Positions 56,497-64,000 of a stretch of DNA of 64,000 nt are shown one piece after another. The position numbers and the translations under genes were made by a program. The stretch's first letter is position 1; each line of letters opens with the position of its first letter. The notes beneath the pieces are model-generated. The model did not search any database and had not been told where the DNA came from. It saw nothing but the letters and a program-made list of their open reading frames with translations. Origin of the DNA: Adineta vaga (Eukaryota; Animalia; Rotifera); assembly GCA_021613535.1 (NCBI GenBank), contig CP075493.1, positions 1,054,001 through 1,118,000 on the forward strand. Reading direction: 5' to 3'.

Positions 56497-59047
56497 ATGA
56501 TCAATATCTTGATTACAAAGATTTATTGGTTATTTATTTTTACACTTTGCATCATACTTGTTGAACATAGTTTAACAATATCATATGCATCAGTGACATG
56601 CCCTCCTCCACAAAAGGTTTGTGGAGATAAATTCTGTTACGATCCAGCAACACAGCATTGCACTTCAGCTGGTTCGGTTATTGTCTGTATTAATGCAACT
56701 TGTGGTGATCAATGTTATAGTGTTGCAAATCAAGTGTGTCTCAATGGAACACTTTGTTCACTTGGACAAGACTTGTGCGAAGTTAAATACGATAGTTATG
56801 GAAGTATTTTAACAAAACCTCAATGGCAATGTTATTCTCCTCAATCAAAAAAATGTTTAAATCATACACTTTGTTCACGCGATCAAGAGTGTAATCAACA
56901 GTGCATGCCATACGTTTCATCCTACTCCTACCACCAGGTATGCGTCAATAATACGGTGTGTAAATTTCAACGTCCCTACAACACCTATGTTTATCAACCA
57001 GATCAAATTCAATTGTGTAATGGATCATGCTATGATACACAACATCCACCACTTAAACATTGCGTCAATGGTACTGTACAGTGTATATCGATTTGTTCTA
57101 ATCAATGTTATTATACAAATTCACAAGTGTGTCTCAATAATACCCTATGTAACATTGGACAAAATATATGCGAAAGTGATTTCGATAGAGATGGCAGACC
57201 ATTGTATAAACCATCAATTTACTGCTATGATCCTAAATCAGCAAAATGTATCAATCGTGCACTTTGCCCAAATATTCATATATGTAATGGACAGTGTATT
57301 ACTGGTACTAATGCCTATAGTCAAGTGTGTGCCAATGATAAACGTACGATATGTAACGTTACCGGTTCTTATCATAGTTATCAACAATATCGATTCCATG
57401 TGTGCAACGGCAAGTGTTACGACACAACTATTCGTCAGTGTATAAATGGACTCATTACTTGTATTGATGACACATGTGGGGATCAATGCTATAATGCAGA
57501 CATACATGTTTGCATCAATGGCACACTTTGTTCACTTGGACAAGACTTGTGCGAAGTTAAATACGATAAGTTATGGAAGTATTTTAACAAAACCTCAATG
57601 GCAATGTTATTCTCCTCAATCAACAAAATGTTTAAATCATACACTTTGTTCACGTGATCAAGAGTGTAATCGACAGTGCATGCCATACGTTTCATCCTAC
57701 TCCTACCACCAGGTATGCGTCAATAATACGGTGTGTAAATTTCAACGTCCCTACAACACCTATGTTTATCAACCAGATCAAATTCAATTGTGTAATGGAT
57801 CATGCTATGATACACAACATCCACCACTTAAACATTGCGTCAATGGTACTGTACAGTGTATATCGATTTGTTCTAATCAATGTTATTATACAAATTCACA
57901 AGTGTGTCTCAATAATACCCTATGCACCATTGGATATGATATTTGTAACATTGGATATCAATTCCAATGTTATGATCCTAACTATTACAAATGTTTTAAT
58001 AATGGAATATGTGACAATAGCCGTGTGTGTGGTGACGTATGTATGACAGGAACGAATCAAGTGTGCGCTAATGATCAACATACAATTTGTAATATGACAA
58101 AACCTTATAACAATTATCAGATAAACCAGATACAGTTATGCTTAGGAGTATGTTATGATTCATATACTCAATTATGTGCTGCTGCTAATTTTAGTATTTG
58201 TCAACTCGATCCCGCTACACAAACATGTATGTTTGGCAATCTTAGTTCCTTAACGACAATTATTCCTCCTACAACATTGAACGGTTCTTCAACAATTTCT
58301 ACCAGTACACCAGTTTCATCTTCTGTATCATCTACAAGTTCTACAGTTGGTATCAATACAAGCACAGCTTCATCAACAGTGTCAAGCTCGACAACACTTA
58401 CTAGTACGACTTCATCATCAACATCATCAACATCATCACAAAAACAATCAACTTTTATTACAACAATAAAGCCAACTGCAGAATCTACTTATTCTACTAC
58501 AACCACTCCTTTTACTAGTACTACTTTATCATCGACATTGTCACAGGAGGAAGCAACTTCTACTACAACAGTAAAACCTACATCAGAATCTGCCTATCCT
58601 ACTACAACAACTGCATCCACCAGTACCTCTTTCTCAGCATCAACAAATCCCATCACTGTTTCTAACAGTTCTACAATAACCTCAACACTATCGAGTGGTA
58701 CATCGACAATTACTTATACCACACTGACAAGTACTCTCTCGTTTTCTAGTAGTACACCATCAACAACAAATCCTTCGCTTGAAGGTAGTTGTTGTTCAAT
58801 ACAAGAATGTACAACGGATGCTGATTGTTGTATTCCTGGTATTGAATGTCAATGTTATCATCATAATCAAAGTTATACGTATGGTTCTTGTTTAAATCCT
58901 CATGTACAACCCATTTGCGCTGATGGATGTCCAAAAGAAGGTATATGTATGACGGATACAGATTGTTGCAAGTGCCAATGTGGTACAATTACAGTAACTA
59001 ATGTTAATGGAGATATTGCGACAAAAAAGCAATGTGTACCACGTTGA
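56497..59047 (+). CDS. Secreted Cys-rich repeat protein with a Ser/Thr mucin-like region and C-terminal Cys domain (frameshift at ~57568)
   Basis: Signal peptide, repeated CG/CN..CY....Q.C.N..LC units and an S/T-rich stretch. ORFs 56446..57657 and 57446..59047 join if one A at 57568-57569 is removed. Confidence 0.78.
56741..57924 (+). repeat. Near-identical internal direct duplication (56741-57149 and 57515-57924)
   Basis: The same ~410-nt block recurs at an offset of 774/775 nt with few substitutions and one extra A. Confidence 0.92.
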
Positions 59048-60040
59048 CAATTTGCTAACAGTATCGATTTTTCATACAGCTTGCTTATAAATTAGTTAGC
59101 GAGAAACTATATTCCGGAACATGATTTTATTCGTATTTCTTTGTTGATAAAAAATAATAAAAAAATTAACGAAAAAATACTTTTCAAATCTCGTCATGTC
59201 ATAATTCAACTTTTTATGTTAAAGATATTAGAATAAGAGTTTTTTAACTCAAAAATTGAATATTTTTCAGAATGATAATCAATATTTGTTAAGTGGAATC
59301 TAAACTGATTGATATGCATACTTCTTCGAAATAACATTCTACTTGCGTCTCTTTTCAGTGGCATTTAAATTGGAATTTCGATAAAAAGATTGAATCTCTA
59401 CTCATTCCATCTGTATTCTCAGCTTTCTTCAATTGCTAGCGAAACCTTGCAGGTAGGGTCACTTTTTCGTACGTTTCTCACACATATCGATGTACTAATT
59501 AGAACTTTCAATATGATAAAGATGCTGTAAATAAAAAAATAATATATACAATAAGAATTTAGTTGAAAGATCAGAGACAAATGATCAACTATTAACTGCA
59601 CAATGTCTTTCGGACAAAATCTCGAGAGTAGAAGACCTGTATGAGTTTCATGATAAAAAATAACTTTCTTCAGCTCCTCTTACGAAATTATTTGAAATTA
59701 GTTATGACCGTAAAATCTCTATCGTTGAAAAACATTATGTAGAAAGAGAATCTCAGTTTCTTTAGTTATTCACAATAAATCAATTATAGAAAAATTTTAT
59801 TCTATCATTATCATTCTATGAATTAATCTAAGTTGGTATATAGAACTTGAAATGAATATTATTAATAAGAAACAATCTATTCCTTTTTTCACAATGATTT
59901 CTTGAATAATTAATTTTTTCAATCGAATTGAGAAGTTTTAAAAGTGTGATTGATATTTGATTTTATTCTACAATCTTTTTCAATTCGCTGTTTTTTCCTT
60001 TTTCAAGACATATTAAGCGGTCAGTCGATAAGGAGTAGAG

Positions 60041-61729
60041 ATGCATGCAAATCGTATTTCATTAGAAACACGACGTCCTCCTCCATGGTGTACCAATGAT
60101 AATTATTTGGAAAACTCACCTAGGTATTCAATGCCAATCAAGCCATCTATCAATAACAATCGTCAGTCTTTATTTCGTAAAAACGTCCCACAACAGATTT
60201 CTCCTTTATCAATTAATAATACGTATTCTCGATCATATGGATCATCTATTTACGGACCATGGAATTACAAAAGGAGTCACCAACAAAGTCTTTCGGTGAA
60301 TAATTGTAATATTATAATTAATAGAAGATCTCGTTATACCCTTCTTTCAGTCAATAACTCTTGAGCCATTAACTTCACGAGACAATTTTGGAACTTTTTT
60401 TTAATAGAAATGAATACGCTCGCAATAGAGGACAACAACGAAAGAATAAAGCCTATCGAAAAGCTTTTCTCATACTTAGTAGCTGTCTCGCAACTGGTCT
60501 TCTACTGGGACTTGTAGCTGGTCTACTTGTTGGTTTTCTTTATCGTATGTATATCCCTTCTCTGAGTTTAAAGTGCACTTTATACAATCGAATATAAACG
60601 TCCGATAGGTCCAAAATCTCTAACAACGACAACTATTTCAACAACTTTGACCACAACAACACAGAGTAAGAAGCCTATGATATAATTAATGATCTATTCT
60701 TCTTTATTTTCTTAGCCACGACAAGTACTACTAGTGTATCCACAACTACAACCACTAGTAAGTGTTGATGAAGATCGATGCAATAAATGTAATACACAAT
60801 GTGTAAAATTCTCATGTCTCTTTATTTTAGCTACAGCTACAACAAGTAAGTAAATATGTTCTTATTTGAGTAAAATTCCATCAATTCTAAATTAATAAAG
60901 GTACAACGACAACAACAGTAAGCACGACAACAAGTGAGTTTTTCTAATTTATAATGATATGCAATCAGTAAAATATTTGGTTTTTTTAGCGACAAGTACT
61001 GCAAGTAAGTTTGTAAGAACAAATTCAACGATATAGATTGTCGATGTATAAAGGTACTACTACCACAACGACCACGATTATAACAAGTAAATATTTCATT
61101 TGAATAAAAAATCTTCTGAGGACAGTTTCGACTGTGAAATTTTCAGAACCATTTTTCTCTTTCATATTTTTTTTAGCTACAACAACAACGGGTAAATACT
61201 ATTCTCCTCTTAGTCTTCTTTTTTATTTTAACAAAAAACTTGATTTCGTTTTCGATTAAAATTAGCATTTAGTTGTTCATCAACGTTCACTTCGACGTTG
61301 GCTTCATATACAAAAGGCAGTTGTACAAAAGATACTTGGCATACATTTACAAATACATTTGTAGCATCATACACCGGCATACAGACACTTGTCTTTTCCT
61401 TTGCTTCCATGAGTGGTGCTCAGGTATACATAACTAATATCAAAGTGCAGGATGCGACTAATGTACAGCTATTGTCGAATGGAGATTTTTCTTCCTCATC
61501 TGGATCGACACCAACAAATTGGCTTCAATGTTCAACCACTGGACAAGTAGAATCTACTTGTACCTATTCTGCGTCCAGCGCATGTTACGCAACTCCATCG
61601 GCAGGTGGTAGTATTTCTCAATCATTCTCCGTAGTATCTGGTACGACATATACCATTCAGTATAATTTGTATCATAATTCCAATACTGGTAATAGTGGCA
61701 GTTTCGATTTATACGTTGCTGTTGCCTAA
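60041..61729 (+). CDS. Type II membrane protein with a Thr-rich micro-exon stalk and a C-terminal beta-rich (CBM-like) domain
   Basis: TM AFLILSSCLATGLLLGLVAGLLVGFLY. Seven phase-1 exons of 57, 42, 15, 33, 15, 33 and 15 nt. The last exon 61266-61729 contains LLSNGDFS..PTNW and ISQSFSVVSGTTYTIQY. The 5' exon junction is uncertain. Confidence 0.75.
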
Positions 61730-63421
61730 AGAGAACACCTGATTTTTTTCATAAACTGATGATCTACGTACGACGATTGGAGGAAATATAAAATACTTTG
61801 ATTCTCAAATAAATCTATCCATCAATTAAATCATCCCAATAAATAGAAAACAATGCATTCCAAATAAATAATTATTTACTCATTACCTCGAAAGTATGTG
61901 GTACAATTCTATCATATCTACGTCGAGGCCACGAAGTAAAAAAAAACATTACATTCATCATTCATATATTTTCAAGTCGATATTGTAAATCATACGTAAA
62001 GTATTAAAGATTATTCATGAAAGTAAATAACATGAATTTATTTACGTCTCAATAAACTTTTCATGTTAATATCACTTTCTTTTCAGTAAAGTTATATGAT
62101 TGAAATATCTATAGTATTTGAGGTTTTTCTATGAGAGAACGACTAATCATAAAGAAGAGATCCGACGATGAAAGAAAATTATGAATAAATATTTATAATT
62201 CTATAGATGATTTGGTATTATTTAAGGGTTATAAAAACTATATATTCATATAACATTTTGATATTCTTAAGAAACATATCGGTATAAATTCTAATCAAGG
62301 TAACGTTTTTTTCAATGCGATGCGAAGAATGAGCTGAGCATTACTGTAGTGCTTCGCGAATTTTCTTTGTTCCTTTATTTATTTATTTCTTCCTATCGTC
62401 TGTACGCTTCTTTTTTTGTAGTTTTGTGACGTGATGATCTCAAAAATGATATATCATAAAAAAGTGATTCAAACGCGAGCGAGAACCGTATATCAGAAAA
62501 AATTCATTTAAAAACAAAATAAAAATATCGAAACTCTACTTGAAAAATCTGTTATCAGAATTAAATTGTGACATTCTCTACATATTTAGGAAGCCCAGAA
62601 AAAAAGACGATTTTGACTTTGAAATTTTGTGAGTTAGTTAAAATCAAATTGTTAAGAAGAAAAGTTAGTCGTGAACTTTGTTCAACAGATGTTTTACAGC
62701 TGATAGCATACACGAAAAAAAGGTAGAACAAATGATGATAGAAATCATTTTAACGAATGCTAATCGCATCGCATTCTGTAGTCGAGTAAAGCTCGAGTAT
62801 CGTCTAGTTTAAAATGCTAATTCAATAATTTAGATGGCAAAAGAAAGAATTATTAAATTTTATTTTTTTGCTAAAGAATATTCTTTTAAACTAAGAAAAT
62901 CTTTTTTAATACTCGATAAATATCATATTATCGAATAAAATTTTATACTCGTTATACTTTTGGATAGAATTCAAAGCAAAAGTTAGAAAAATATATTTAT
63001 CGATTAGTATTTTGTGCAAAGAATTGTGTCGTTTGATTGCCCATATTGAATTACACGAAAAATTTATTGAGCAAAGTATATTATTGCCTTTTTTCTTTCG
63101 AAGACGAGAATACGAAGGGAATGTTTTAATAATTGTAAGAATGATTGAGAAAATACTATCACTCAATGATGATAATGTAAGAAATTTCTTTTAAAATCAT
63201 GTTTTTCGTAGATGATGTCGTGATATAACTAAACATGGAAGTTTTGATTTCCTTTTGTTCTTTTATATTTACTAGACCAAAAGATGAATGTTAGCGAAAG
63301 GAAACAATTAGATTTCGAATTGCATCATTAGAAAATATTGTTTTACATTTTCTCGATAATCATTTTATCAACATGTGACTTGCATAACTAATATTCATGG
63401 TGAGAAAAACAAACCTCATCT

Positions 63422-63526
63422 TGAGGGTGAGGGTGAGGGTGTGGGTGTGGGTGTGGGTGTGGGTGTGGGTGTGGGTGAGGGTGTGGGTGTGGGTGTGGGT
63501 GGGTGGGTGGGTGTGGGTGTGGGTGG
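63422..63526 (+). repeat. Interstitial telomere-type repeat array (TGAGGG/TGTGGG)
   Basis: (TGAGGG)3(TGTGGG)6(TGAGGG)(TGTGGG)3(TGGG)3(TGTGGG)2. Both hexamers are reported bdelloid telomeric repeats. Confidence 0.85.
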
Positions 63527-64000
63527 ATAGAGACACTGACTTGCATCCTTTCACAGCCTCATCCACCCTCACCCAGAACACAATGAAGTAGAATAGTACT
63601 TGGTGGGCGATGATCGTGGCTGATGCAGACAGCAGAAAACATTTATTGAAGAATATTGCATTTTCTCTTTAGTTATAAGGATATTAGGGATTTTTCCGAA
63701 TTTTTGTCTTCTGGATTTTTACTCTCCAGATTCCAAGACGTATTCCTTTTTTAATACATGTACATGATCAATCAAGCGAAACTCAACGTGCTTTTTCAAT
63801 ATGAACGAATCGAAGAATTATTCATTTTTAGTACTTCTTGCTCATTAGAAATAAGGAAAAATATATTCTACTATTTTATCGCGTTTGTTCAAGTTTAAAA
63901 CAAAGGATGTATCGTTACAAATGTATCCCGTATGAATTAATGACGAATAACAGAAAGAAAAAGAAAAAAATCTTATTTTCCTATTTCGCTGAATAAATCA

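Noticed and set aside
51790-60405. Programmed frameshifting at ~51800, 57568 and the T8 run at ~60395-60402
   Set aside because: Isolated 1-nt indels in otherwise intact genes are better explained by assembly error or recent mutation. Raw reads are needed to decide.
62313-62780. Possible MITE with aatgcgatgcga / tcgcatcgcatt ends
   Set aside because: Only a 12-bp inverted match, with no clear TSD or second copy.
63360-63591. ORFs with HT and VW dipeptide repeats
   Set aside because: They are translations of the telomere-type hexamer array, not genes.

Overview
Eukaryotic, very AT-rich genomic DNA with many short (~45-70 nt) GT-AG introns. It most plausibly comes from a bdelloid rotifer (inference). 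Support: (TGTGGG)/(TGAGGG) telomere-type repeats, many single- or two-exon orphan GPCRs, an F-box-LRR gene, Kelch and LDLa/EGF receptor relics, and many enzymes of non-animal type that carry spliceosomal introns. The window holds about 25 apparently intact genes, several pseudogenes or relics and three MITE-like elements. Non-metazoan-type genes: Ap4A phosphorylase, a cupin, a fused beta-alpha cobalt-type nitrile hydratase, an FkbM methyltransferase, a sirtuin relic, a GT47-like protein, a membrane-anchored RGP/UDP-Ara mutase fused to a GT-A domain, a RimJ/L-type GNAT and an EGF-methyltransferase. The most striking observations are: (1) two intron-containing copies of a bacterial-type Pol-beta-superfamily nucleotidyltransferase (DUF6932-like) in inverted orientation ~16 kb apart, with a patchwork of identical and diverged tracts; (2) the fused nitrile hydratase with a His-rich linker and an Arg at a thiocyanate-hydrolase specificity position; (3) the RGP-GT fusion; (4) a mucin-stalk gene built from seven symmetric phase-1 micro-exons; (5) telomere-like repeat seeds lying next to duplication and truncation junctions. 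All family assignments come from motif recognition by eye. No database searches were run.
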